NCBI RefSeq assembly: GCF_004010195.1
Contig: NC_057719.1
Span: forward strand, 95,300,498-95,360,609
Direction of reading: 5' to 3'
DNA from: Chiloscyllium plagiosum
Lineage: Eukaryota
DNA length: 60,112 nucleotides
Within the stretch, counting starts at the first letter, position 1; the number at the start of each line of letters is the position of its first letter. Shown here piece after piece: positions 13,794-24,754 of the stretch. The notes beneath the pieces are model-generated. The model saw only the letters and a program-made list of their open reading frames with translations. It did not search any database and had not been told where the DNA came from. Made by a program: the position numbers and the translations under genes.

Positions 13794-13873
13794 ATGATTT
13801 GGTGATGCTGGTGTGTCACAACCACCTGATGAAGGAGCAGCTCTCTGAAAGCTAGTGCTTCTCATTAAACCTG
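13794..13873 (+). mobile_element. 80-bp PLE family C micro-insert containing a hammerhead core
   Basis: 12-bp TSD aagaactaagtg at 13782-13793 and 13874-13885. Core cac CTGATGA aggagcagctctct GAAAG CTA gtg at 13826-13854. Confidence 0.75.
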
Positions 13874-14178
13874 AAGAACTAAGTGTGCACCCAACACATG
13901 GGCAAAAATTCAGGCTCATAAAGTCATCACATCAGTGGGCTTCAAGCCTCTCTTAAGTGTGATTTTCTTTCTATTCTTTCACAGGATGAAGGCATCACTG
14001 GCTTAGCAGCATTTATTACCACCCCCAATTGCCCAGAGGGCAGTTCAGAGTCAAACACATTGCTGTGGGTCTGGAGTCACAAATAGGCCAGACCAGGTTA
14101 GGAACACAGTTTCCTTCCCTAAAGTTAAAAATCACACAACACCAGGTTATAGTCCAACAGGTTTAATTGGAAGCACAC

Positions 14179-14207
14179 TAGCTTTCGGAGTGACGCTCCT
14201 TCATCAG
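14179..14207 (-). ncRNA. Minimal hammerhead ribozyme, family C
   Basis: Minus strand reads CUGAUGA a ggag-cguca-cucc GAAAG CUA gug. Confidence 0.75.
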
Positions 14208-14514
14208 GGGGTTGTGGAGGGTTCGATCGTAACACAGAATTTATAGCAAAAATTTGCAGTGTGATGTAAGTGAAATTATACATTGAAAAATTGATTGTCT
14301 GTTAAGCCTTTCATCTGTTAGAATACAGTGATAGTTTCACTTCTTTCATGTGTAAATCACAAAACCCTTTTTTTTTAAATTTTTTTACACATGAAAGAAG
14401 TGAAACTATCACTGTATTCTAACAGATGAAAGGCTTAACAGACAATCAATTCTTCAATGTATAATTACAGTTACATCACACTGCAAATTTTTACTATAAA
14501 TTCTGTGTTACGAT

Positions 14515-14552
14515 NNNNNNNNNNNNNNNNNNNNNNNNNNNNNNNNNNNNNN
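14515..14552. other. Assembly gap (N run)
   Basis: 38 N. Confidence 1.
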
Positions 14553-14639
14553 GGAGATGCCGGTGTTGGACTGGGGTGTACAAAGTTAAAAATCACACAA
14601 CACCAGGTTATAGTCCAACAGGTTTAATTGGAAGCACAC

Positions 14640-14668
14640 TAGCTTTCGGAGCAACGCTCCTTCATCAG
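14640..14668 (-). ncRNA. Minimal hammerhead ribozyme, family C
   Basis: Minus strand reads cac CUGAUGA a ggagc-guu-gcucc GAAAG CUA gug. The inverted partner at 14701-14726 has a 3-nt deletion at the core/stem II junction. Confidence 0.78.
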
Positions 14669-15242
14669 GTGATTGTCCTGAGTCAGGTCTCCACAATCAC
14701 CTGATGGAGCGTCACTCCGAAAGCTAGTGTGCTTCCAATTAAACCTGTTGGACTATAACCTGGTGTTGTGTGATTTTTAACTTTGTACACCCCAGTCCCA
14801 CACTGGCATCTCCAAATCCTTCCCTAAAAGACATTAGTGAATCAGATGGATTTTTCCTGACAGCCAACAATGGATTTATGGCCATCATTAGACTCTTTAT
14901 TCCAGATTTTTAAAAATTAACTTCAAATTCCACCATCTGCCATGGCAGTGTTTGAATCCAACTCCCCAGAATATTACATGGATCTCCATATTAATAGTCT
15001 ATGATAATACCACTAGACTATCACCTTCCCTGTCAACCTGCTACCATGTGCATACCAGCCCCGGGTAGTTCAACAGCAAAAGTTCTTGAAATTTCAACTC
15101 TCTACATCGTTGACAGGTTGTCAGGTCAGAAAGGAAAGACCTTGGGGTCTGGTGAATGGGGGTACCTTAAGGAAAAGGGACTGGGCTGTAGGAGTGCCGT
15201 CTATGAGCCAGCAACAGTTTTCAGGACTGCAATAGAGTAAAA

Positions 15243-15890
15243 ATCATAGAATTTTACAGTACAGAAGGAGTCCATTCAACCTATCATGTCTGTACTGAAA
15301 TAGTCCTGAAGGAGCTACCAATTATTTCCATTCTTCAACTCTCTAAATTCATTCCCTTCAAATATATATCAAGCCCATTTTGAAACCTCCCATGGAATTC
15401 ACTACCTCCCCCACTCTCCCAGGCAGCACATTCCAAATCCTAACAACCCTTCGAGTAAAGAAGTTTCTCCTTCTCTTACTCCTAGCTCTCTTGCTGGCAA
15501 TCTTGAAATTATGACACCGAGTTACTGACATACCAACTAGTGAAAACAGAACATCCTTCTTTACCTTGTCAAAATTGTTCAGAATTTTGAACACCTCAAT
15601 AAGGTCAATTTTTAATCTCAACTCCAAAGAGAATAAGCCCAATTTCTCTATTCTTTTTCTTTTGTCTAAAATCTCACATTTCTGTTATCATTCTCATCAA
15701 TCTCATTTGAACGTTGTCCAGGGTATTAACATCCTTCTCTACATAAGATGCTCAGAACTGAACATAACACTCCAAATGTGGTCTCACCAATGATTTGCAG
15801 AGGTGTAGCATCACTTTGGTGCTGTTATACTCTATGCTTCTACTTGTAAATGCAAGGATCCTTTAAGCCTTCTTAATAACTGTTTCAACT
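15243..15890 (-). mobile_element. Old CR1 LINE 3' fragment
   Basis: ORF 15358-15642(-) reads GLFSLE.RLKIDLIEVFKIL...TRCHNFK...NFFTRRVVRIWNVLP. Confidence 0.85.
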
Positions 15891-18072
15891 TGCCTGACCA
15901 CCAGGCAAGCACAAATACATCAGCCATTTCCACATTCAGCTATCTCTAAACTGTCTTTGGCTTGCTAAGAAGGTACATTGTAGGCCACAAGTAGACATGG
16001 TATTCCTGCCTTTGCCTGGACCAGCCTTAGCCATGTTTCAGAAAAAATAATTTTGCATTGAGGTCCTCAAGCAAATATAAGATTCTTTATTTGCAAGGAA
16101 AAAGGAATGATCAGTTGTTTGAGCACAATCTGGAAAATCTGTCTTATTACCTTCATCAAATGGTCAGACAGCATTCCACAAGCTCATGATGAATATGCAC
16201 CTTCTACCAGATATCTTGCAGGTCTTAGCACCTGAAACCCTAACACCACATCATTACATTTCTAGGCCAGCATCTTCAATATTCTTTCAGTTCTGCTGCA
16301 TTAAATTAGAAGGCTATGGGTTTGGATTTAAAAAGAGAATTGCGGATGAAAGCCTATGATTTAATGAAAAGTGAATGGGAAAAAAAAGAATTTTCAGTTT
16401 TGTCCAGATTAAAGATTGACAAATTACAAGCGTAGAAACACTGTGAACAAAGGTGCTCTACACCATAATGCTTCTGAATGGTCAGCATCTTTCAATTATT
16501 TTAAAACACTCCTTTACTCTTTGCTTTGAAACACAGCACTCCTTTAAATCGAAAGTCTGTAAAACATGAAACTGTATTTCAAAGCAAGCTTAGTTATAAA
16601 AAGGTAGTAACAGCAAACTGTAACAGTGAACTTGTTTAAACTTTTCCGACAAATCCTTTGATTTAAATAAAACAATAACAATATTTTGAAACTCAAAATC
16701 AAACTCAAGTCAGTAAATCCTATGATATGCTCTCAATTTATATGAATTTGATGAAAACGATTTCTCATGAATGTAAATTTCATATAAAGAGCATGGTACA
16801 TCTCAGGATTGGTGATCTATACTGACAATGAGGTGGAAATTTTGTCAGACATGCTGTCTGTTCACAAAAAAAAAGTCCTGATATGTATAGAGTGCTAATT
16901 TGCAAAGTCTTCCTCTTTGGTGTACTCATTCAGCACTTTAACAGTGGGCTAAACTGTGGGATATGATGCATTATGGCTTAGTCAGAATCGAAAAATGATG
17001 TGCAATGAAAATATAAGGGCAATACATTCCAACATTTGATTCTCATCAGTACCTCAGAGCCCGCTACAATTAACAACAGAAATATTCTGTCAGATTATGC
17101 TGAGAAGGAATGTTTGGTTTGGTGCTTTAGCATTTCCTGCTTTTCTTAAAACACAATAAAAGATTCACTGTCAGTTGTTGTCAGTAAGATTTGTCTTATG
17201 AGTAGTCTTACTTTACACTATACAGGATCAGTTTGGGAGGTGCCATCAGGAGCACCTTGGGTTTTTGGGAAATGCAACAACCTGATAATATCGGAGGTCT
17301 TTTCCAGCTGTTCATTTGTTGTGATGCCAAATGTGAAAATTTGTTCACTTTCCTGCAGCAGAAATCAGTGACCTAATAAATGCAAGCGTGCATTGCTACC
17401 TAACTAGAGTGTATAGATCCAAATGACTTCTTAAAATAACCCCATATCTTAGACTTTGAGGACATTAGAGCATTCGTAGCTACTGAATCAGGGTTAAGAG
17501 CATTTGAGTCCAGATGTCAGTGCTTCTCTATTGACTGCTAAGAAAGCACACTTCAGTCGGACAAACTGGTCCTTAAAAGATGTATTTCCGTGGAGGTGGA
17601 ATATTTGCTGGGTTATATCGTTCTTAAAAGATGCCTCATTCTCCTCAGCTCCATCCTGTGGTGATCATGCTACATAATAATGGTTTATATTAAGAACATA
17701 GCCACGCTGGGAAAGTCTTGATTGAGGATGGGCTCTGGAATAATGTTGTGTGCCTGCTAGCACTGTGGGTACTTCCAAGTGCTCATTTGTCATCAGGTGT
17801 CCAAAAGCTCTCTATGTTGAGATATTTTCCAGCTGTTGTGATCAATTTAGAGTCTTCAAACTCAACACTTTAGTGGAATAATTTCATAAATATGAATTGT
17901 TAAGTCATTTAATTTGGCAGACAGTAAATCCAGAGTTACAATTGTAATAAATTCTCACCTTGAATCAACAAATTAACTACTTAAAAATAAAATACATGTG
18001 ATAAGATACAGCACACACAAATATTGTGTATAATTTTAGTTGGACATCTTTCTGATTCCTGGGTATCCACAG

Positions 18073-18192
18073 ATAGAACATAGAACATTACAGCGCAGTA
18101 CAGGCCCTCAGTACCAATCTGAAGCCCATCTAACCGACACTATTCCATGTACGTCCATATGCTTGTCCAATGGCGACTTAGATGTACTTAAA
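18073..18192 (-). mobile_element. CR1 3'UTR and tail fragment
   Basis: atagaacatagaacattacagcgcagtacaggccct is the reverse complement of a (ctatgtt)n CR1 tail. Confidence 0.6.
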
Positions 18193-18747
18193 GATGGATG
18201 TGTTTTCCCTTGATTTCCCTCAGAGATTCCTGGTGAGACCTACTTGACTGATTGACTGGAAGGGGATCCTGCATTTTTGGAGCCTACGTGAGACAATCCT
18301 TAACATTCCAGTTTCAAAGAGATAATGATTCCATGGTGTTTCGCAAACTAGCTCGTCTAACTTCAACACATATTTTTAATGCTGGCCCAGTAACAAATAC
18401 ATCTTTTGTCTAAGTAGCTTTCAACTATGGCTTGTTTAAAACTGTAAAGTTGATTCATTTCAAAATATGGTGTTTTACACATAGAGCATTCTCTAAGCAT
18501 TTCTGGAGATCCCAAAAAATCAGAAATCACAAAGTGTGAGGCAGTAAAGTCTGTGAGTGATTGATCATGCTGGTAATGTCATTACCTTTCTCCAATTGAT
18601 GTGGTCACTTTAAATCAATAAAATCTTTCCACCTTCCAATTCTTCAACACGGCAGGTTGTGTTACCAACTTTGAACTGCCCAGTAAGTACTGCAGTTGCT
18701 GATGGGACAATGCACCAAAGCTGGCTTGTTCCAACTACATGTCGTGT

Positions 18748-19247
18748 NNNNNNNNNNNNNNNNNNNNNNNNNNNNNNNNNNNNNNNNNNNNNNNNNNNNN
18801 NNNNNNNNNNNNNNNNNNNNNNNNNNNNNNNNNNNNNNNNNNNNNNNNNNNNNNNNNNNNNNNNNNNNNNNNNNNNNNNNNNNNNNNNNNNNNNNNNNNN
18901 NNNNNNNNNNNNNNNNNNNNNNNNNNNNNNNNNNNNNNNNNNNNNNNNNNNNNNNNNNNNNNNNNNNNNNNNNNNNNNNNNNNNNNNNNNNNNNNNNNNN
19001 NNNNNNNNNNNNNNNNNNNNNNNNNNNNNNNNNNNNNNNNNNNNNNNNNNNNNNNNNNNNNNNNNNNNNNNNNNNNNNNNNNNNNNNNNNNNNNNNNNNN
19101 NNNNNNNNNNNNNNNNNNNNNNNNNNNNNNNNNNNNNNNNNNNNNNNNNNNNNNNNNNNNNNNNNNNNNNNNNNNNNNNNNNNNNNNNNNNNNNNNNNNN
19201 NNNNNNNNNNNNNNNNNNNNNNNNNNNNNNNNNNNNNNNNNNNNNNN
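18748..19247. other. Assembly gap (N run)
   Basis: 500 N. ORFs spanning it are artefacts. Confidence 1.
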
Positions 19248-19690
19248 CAGACGTAGTTTTGTGCTTTTGAATATGTTACCATTTTTGTAAGGTATGTTAT
19301 TATTTCCTATCTTAGTACAATACATTTTATTCATATAAACCTATTTTATGTTTCCTTTAAAATTGCAAAGTGCTTTTTGTCTTATCTTAAATTGGCAGTA
19401 AGATTGGCTGCGTATGTATGTGTTAACATTGAATCCCAAAATCTGGTTGGTCTGTTATCTCATATGAAAATTCTGGTTTGGCAACAACTCATTCAATAAC
19501 ACAAGGCCCTGCCATAATGACAAGACATGTAGCAGGTCAGGAGGTGTCCACACCTTCAGTGGGCTTTACCATAGCTCTGTAACTCCCTGTAATTCCAGGA
19601 TCCCAGAACAATCAGACTGGGCAGGCAGCATGATTCTGAATATTTGTCTGATGCTTCTTCAGCCCATAGGTGCAGAAAGAACTTCCAGAA

Positions 19691-20117
19691 CACATACACA
19701 CACACACACAAACACACACACAAACACACACACACAACCACACACATTAACAAAGGTGGAAGGAGTGCAGAGTGTCAAGCTCCTGGGAGTGGTTATTCCC
19801 AATAAGCTTTCTTGGACTCTTCATGTGGACACACTGGTTACAAAGGCCCAACAATGTCTCTTCTTCCTCAGGCAGCTGAGGAAATTTGGGCATGATGGTG
19901 AATACCCTTACCAACTTTTATAGGTGTGCCATTGAGAGCATTCTGTCTGGATGTATCACTACCTGGTATGGCAACTGTATCATTCAAGATCAGAGATGGT
20001 TATAGAGAGTGGTGAACTCGGCCTGGACAATCACAAAGGCCAACCTCCCATCTATAGAATCCATCTAGCAGGCCCGCTGTCAAGGAAAGGCCTCCAGCAT
20101 TCTCAAAGATCTATCCC
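19691..20117 (+). mobile_element. Rex1/Babar LINE RT C-terminal fragment (near-identical to 22616-23015)
   Basis: KLSWTLHVDTLVTKAQQ.LFFLRQLRKFG...FYRCAIESILSGCITTWYGNC. Confidence 0.85.
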
Positions 20118-20412
20118 NNNNNNNNNNNNNNNNNNNNNNNNNNNNNNNNNNNNNNNNNNNNNNNNNNNNNNNNNNNNNNNNNNNNNNNNNNNNNNNNNNN
20201 NNNNNNNNNNNNNNNNNNNNNNNNNNNNNNNNNNNNNNNNNNNNNNNNNNNNNNNNNNNNNNNNNNNNNNNNNNNNNNNNNNNNNNNNNNNNNNNNNNNN
20301 NNNNNNNNNNNNNNNNNNNNNNNNNNNNNNNNNNNNNNNNNNNNNNNNNNNNNNNNNNNNNNNNNNNNNNNNNNNNNNNNNNNNNNNNNNNNNNNNNNNN
20401 NNNNNNNNNNNN
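20118..20412. other. Assembly gap (N run)
   Basis: 295 N. Confidence 1.
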
Positions 20413-20515
20413 TTTCCTCATTCCTGAAGAAGGGCTTATGCCCGAAACGTCGATTCTCCTGTTCCTTGGATGCTGCCTGACCTGCTGCGCTTTTCCAGCA
20501 ACACATTTTCAGCTC
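20413..20515 (+). mobile_element. PLE family B terminal repeat with an intact hammerhead core at 20424-20451
   Basis: ttc CTGAAGA a gggc-ttat-gccc GAAAC GTC ga, followed by ...gatgctgcctgacctgctgcgcttttccagcaacac. Confidence 0.8.
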
Positions 20516-21307
20516 TAGAATGCTGACCCTTTGCTGGTAAATCCTGTTTCTAATAGTGTCTCAGTGACAGTGCCTTCTTCATGTGGAATGGAATATGGCT
20601 GAGAAAATGGAAGTTGATTCTTCTGCTGGCATTCAGCATGCTTCAGCTGGGTCTGTTGGTGATGGTGTTGCTGATTCTCTTGTACTTCCTCTGAGGTGAA
20701 AGGTAGACCTACATAAGCTGTGGCCTTGCTATCATGAAGACTGGCAGCAAAGAAGTACCATTGAATGAGGGTGTGGCACCAGGCAGCTAAAGTGATTCAC
20801 AAGGGGTTGGCAAGTATCTGTCAAGGATTGGAAGGACTTGCTCTGACTTCTCACCTCATCATGGCTGCAGCTTTTCCAGTTCACTGATCAAAGACCTCCC
20901 AGCCTCCTAGTTTCTCAGTGGGAGTACTCACCTCTGTGCATTCGCTTTGGTCACAGTGGAGCAAATCAGCAAGAAATAGGTCCATTGGCTGTTCAAATCA
21001 GATTTCTTTGCCTTCTCTTTAGGAAATATAGATACATCCACAGTGCTATTAGGAAGGGAGTTTGATAGTAAAGGAATAGAAATGTATTTCCAAGTCAGGA
21101 TGGTGAGTGGCTTGCAGGGGAACCTGTGTGTGATGTTCCCATGTACCGGTCCCCTTTAACCTTCTTCGTGGATGTGGTTGTCAGTTTGGAAGGTGCTCTG
21201 AGGAGCCTTTGATGAATTTCTCTTGTGTATTTATAGATGGAACACACTGCTGCTACTGTCACAAATGTTTGAGGATGCGGAGCCAATCAAGAGGGCTGCT
21301 TTTTTTA

Positions 21308-21942
21308 GATTAGATTAGATTCCCCACAGTATGGAAACAGACCCTTCAGTCCAACAAGTCCACACTAACCCTCCGAAGAGTAGCCCACCCAGACCCAGTC
21401 CCCTACCTTATATTTGCCCATGACTAATGCACATAACACTCTAGGAAATTCAAAGTTTGTGAGAAGATTTGTAGTGCGTTGTTGTGGTTCTGTTCGCCGA
21501 GCTGGGAATTTGTGTTGCAGACGTTTCGTCCCCTGTCTAGGTGACATCCTCAGTGCTTGGGAGCCTCCTGTGAAGCGCTTCTGTGATCTTTCCTCCGGCA
21601 TTTGTAGTGGTTTGAATCTGCCGCTTCCGGTTGTCAGTTCCAGCTGTCCGCTGCAGTGGCCGGTATATTGGGTCCAGGTCGATGTGCTTATTGATTGAAT
21701 CTGTGGATGAGTGCCATGCCTCTAGGAATTCCCTGGCTGTTCTCTGTGAAATTCTGGAAAATTTAGAATGGTCAATTCACCTGACCTGCGCATCCTTGGA
21801 TTGTGGGAGGAAACCAGCGCACCCGGAGGAAACCCATGTAGACACAGGGAGAATGTGCAAACTCCACACTGAGGTGGGAATCGAACCCAGGACCCTGGCG
21901 CTGTGAGGCAGCAGTGCTAACCACTGAGCCACCGTGCCACCA
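21308..21942 (-). mobile_element. HE1-type V-SINE, split by a PLE family A insert
   Basis: On the minus strand: tRNA head ggtggcacggtggctcagtgg...gggttcgattccc, V-domain gggtttcctccgggtgc and an (aatct)n tail. Confidence 0.85.
21449..21750 (-). mobile_element. PLE family A 3' end: GIY-YIG C-terminus plus terminal repeat with hammerhead at 21520-21553
   Basis: Open minus frame 21743-21537 reads RTAREFLEAWHSSTDSINKHIDLDPIY..., the Penelope/Poseidon-type endonuclease C-terminus. It runs into the core CUGAGGA...GAAACGUC. Confidence 0.85.
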
Positions 21943-22286
21943 TAGTGTCAATTTTTTTCCAATATTGTTGAAGTTGCACTCATGCAGGAAAATGGGAAGT
22001 ATTCCATCACTCTCCTGACTTCTGCCTTGGGCAAGATCTGGGGAGTCAGAAAATGAGTTACTCACTGCAAGATTCCAAGCTTCTGATCTACTCTTGTATC
22101 ACAGCATTTGTATGTATACATCCAGTTCAATTTCTAGTCAATGGTACTCCCAAGATAGAGAACGCTTCAGCAATGGCAATGCCAATGGCATTCTCTCTTG
22201 TTGGAGGTGATCATTGCCTAGGACCTGTGTGGTGCAGAAGTTACTTGCCAATTGTTAACTTAAGCATGGATATTATCTCGGACTTA

Positions 22287-22462
22287 GGCAGCACGGTGGC
22301 TCACTGGTTAGCACAGCTGCCTCATAGTGCCCGCGACTTGGGTTTGATTCCACCTTCAGGTGACTGTCTCGATGGATTTTGCACATTCTCCCCGTGGGTT
22401 TCCTCCGGGTGCTCCGGTTTCCTCCCACAGTCCAAAGATGTGCAGGTTAGGTGGATTGGCCA
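22287..22462 (+). mobile_element. HE1 SINE 5' half
   Basis: ggcagcacggtggctcactggttagcac...gggtttcctccgggtgctccggtttcctcccacagtccaaag. Confidence 0.8.
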
Positions 22463-22469
22463 CAGAATT

Positions 22470-22620
22470 TGTGGAATATCTGGAAAGGTGGTGAACTGAG
22501 AACAATCTAGCTATCAATGCTGGCAAAACCAAGGAATTTATTATTGACTTTTGGCAGGATGTTACTCATGCCCCCCCCACCACCCACCACACACACACAC
22601 ACACACACGCACACACACAT

Positions 22621-22651
<31 letters not shown>

Positions 22652-23130
22652 AACACACACACACAACCACACACATTAACAAAGGTGGAAGGAGTGCAGA
22701 GTGTCAAGCTCCTGGGAGTGGTTATTCCCAATAAGCTTTCTTGGACTCTTCATGTGGACACACTGGTTACAAAGGCCCAACAACGTCTCTTCTTCCTCAG
22801 GCAGCTGAGGAAATTTGGGCATGATGGTGAATACCCTTACCAACTTTTATAGGTGTGCCATTGAGAGCATTCTGTCTGGATGTATCACTACCTGGTATGG
22901 CAACTGTATCATTCAAGATCAGAGATGGTTATAGAGAGTGGTGAACTCGGCCTGGACAATCACAAAGGCCAACCTCCCATCTATAGAATCCATCTAGCAG
23001 GCCCGCTGTCAAGGATATTATTTACTTATCTATGCTACTTAACTCTGTGATCTGCCTGTATTGCTCACAAGACAAAGCTTTTCACTGTGCCTCGGCACAC
23101 GTAACAATAAATTCAATTCAATTCAATTTA
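22470..23130 (+). mobile_element. Rex1/Babar LINE 3' fragment with an internal (CA)n tract and a (ttcaa)n tail
   Basis: KTKEFIIDF and KAQQRLFFLRQLRKFG motifs; tail aataaattcaattcaattcaa. Confidence 0.85.
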
Positions 23131-23345
23131 CCAAACTCTGAGAAAAAGAACCAGAAATGATATCACCCACCTTAACAGACAAAGACTCATAAATAGAAAG
23201 TGGGACAGAACACCAGCACTTCATCGGAGGCTCACTGAGGATGTTACCGAGCATGGTGACAAAACGTCTGAGAACAAACCCACCAGCCCAGGGAGCAAAC
23301 ATACAACCTGAACCTCAACCTGAGCTACAAATCTTCTCAAAAATT
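23131..23345 (+). mobile_element. Diverged PLE family A-like terminal repeat (degenerate hammerhead at 23235-23268; second copy at 23890-24005)
   Basis: ggaggctcaCTGAGGAtgttaccgagcatggtgacAAAACGTCtgag...ctgagctacaaatcttctc, homologous to 810-930. Confidence 0.7.
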
Positions 23346-23517
23346 GCAATTCTTTTGATAAGTGAAAGATGAAAATGTTTAACAAAATGTGTATTTTTCA
23401 ACAATATACTCAATTGACTTAAACTGCTAAATGTGCTGCGGTAAGAGCACTCTAAATATTCTAATGCTGCCTGGACACATGAGGAATAGGAGCTCAGATT
23501 TCCCTGCCTAATTTTTC

Positions 23518-23880
23518 TTCTCATTCATTCATGGGATGACAGTGTCACTGGCTACACCATATATTTCAATTTCTTGCCCATCCTTAACTTCCCAGGGAGC
23601 AGTTAAGATCAACCACATTGCTGTGGGTCTGGAGTCTCATGAAGGCCGGATCACTGTAAGCATGGCACTTTCCATCCCTAAATGGCATTAATGAACCAAA
23701 TGGGTTTTTCCAACAATTGATAATGGTTTCATTGTAAGATTCTTTATTTCAGATTTCCTTTTTTTTAGGTTCAAATTCCTCCTTTTGCCATGGCGGAATT
23801 TGAACTCAAGTCCCCAGGAATTATTTGAGTCTCTGAATTAATAGCTCAGTGATAACATGACTTATGCCAAAACCTCCCCA
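23518..23880 (-). mobile_element. tRNA-derived SINE (same family as 13970)
   Basis: Shared body caaccacattgctgtgggtctggagtc and a tRNA-like head near 23790-23880. Confidence 0.7.
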
Positions 23881-24754
23881 ATTTCCTAGCCTCACTGATG
23901 GTGTTAGCTAACATGGTGATAGAACATCTGAGAACAAACCAACCAACCCAGGGAGCAAACATACAACCTGAACCTCAACCTGAGCTACAAATCTTCTCCA
24001 AAATCACAATTGTCTTGATGAGTGAAAGATGAAAATGTTTAACAAAATGTGTCTTTTTCAGCAATATACCCAATTGACTTAAACTATTAAATGTGCTGAA
24101 ATGAGTGTGGAGACATCAGCTGAACACTACACTAGGCTTGGCTCTGATCTTCGTCTCATATCCCACAATTGAACAATTTGCCAGCACCAACTCTCAAAGT
24201 TCACAAAAAAAGTCATTCTTTGAGTGCAATGCACTCCAAACAGGATAACCCCAAACAAATATAAAACTGCCACAGCATGAGACAGGTTATTTGAAGGAAA
24301 AGTGAGAAAAGTTATTCTTTATAAATATAAAACTAGAATTTTAATCCCAAATCATCTATCAATATGTTAACACATATTTGTCAAATATTATATTGGTTGA
24401 CTGTGGATATATTTTAGTTGACTTCTTTATAAAGATATGTTAGTTTCTACAATTAATTGATCTAATTCATCAAAGATTTCATTTCTTTTATGCATTTACC
24501 AGTCCAAGCAATGCTAATTTGATTCTTGGTTTTAAGTGTATCTTGCACTAGTTCTATATGTATTTTGATCCTTTTTTATTACTCTGCGCACTGTTTTTTT
24601 CTACTTAAACTAGTGGAAAAATTAATCCATAAAAAAAGTGCTTGATGAGTGAAAGATGAAAATGTTTAATAAAATGTGTCTTTTTCAGCAATATACCCAA
24701 TTGACTTAAACTACTAAATGTGCTGAAACTATAGATCAGTGCACCTAGCATCTG

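Larger units (their letters stand above)
14124..14816. mobile_element. PLE family C composite insert with nested inverted repeats; contains a 38-N gap
   Basis: 12-bp TSD tccttccctaaa at 14112-14123 and 14817-14828. Bases 14227-14356 are inverted at 14385-14514, and 14553-14675 are inverted at about 14694-14813. Confidence 0.8.
13970..15031 (-). mobile_element. tRNA-derived SINE (partner of the 12640 LINE), split by a PLE insertion
   Basis: The minus strand begins gggaaggtgatagtctagtgg (A box) and contains ggattcaaac (B box). The body matches the copies at 23518-23880 and 26135-26480. Confidence 0.7.
21040..22280 (-). mobile_element. Fragments of the 12640-type LINE, with HE1 and PLE elements nested inside
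   Basis: 21040-21303 and 21950-22280 align by eye with 12780-13380 (tttccaagtcaggatgg, gtattccatcac.ctcctg). Confidence 0.65.

Noticed and set aside
18659..20506. Long ORFs of 113-206 aa
   Set aside because: They are mostly X residues spanning N gaps.
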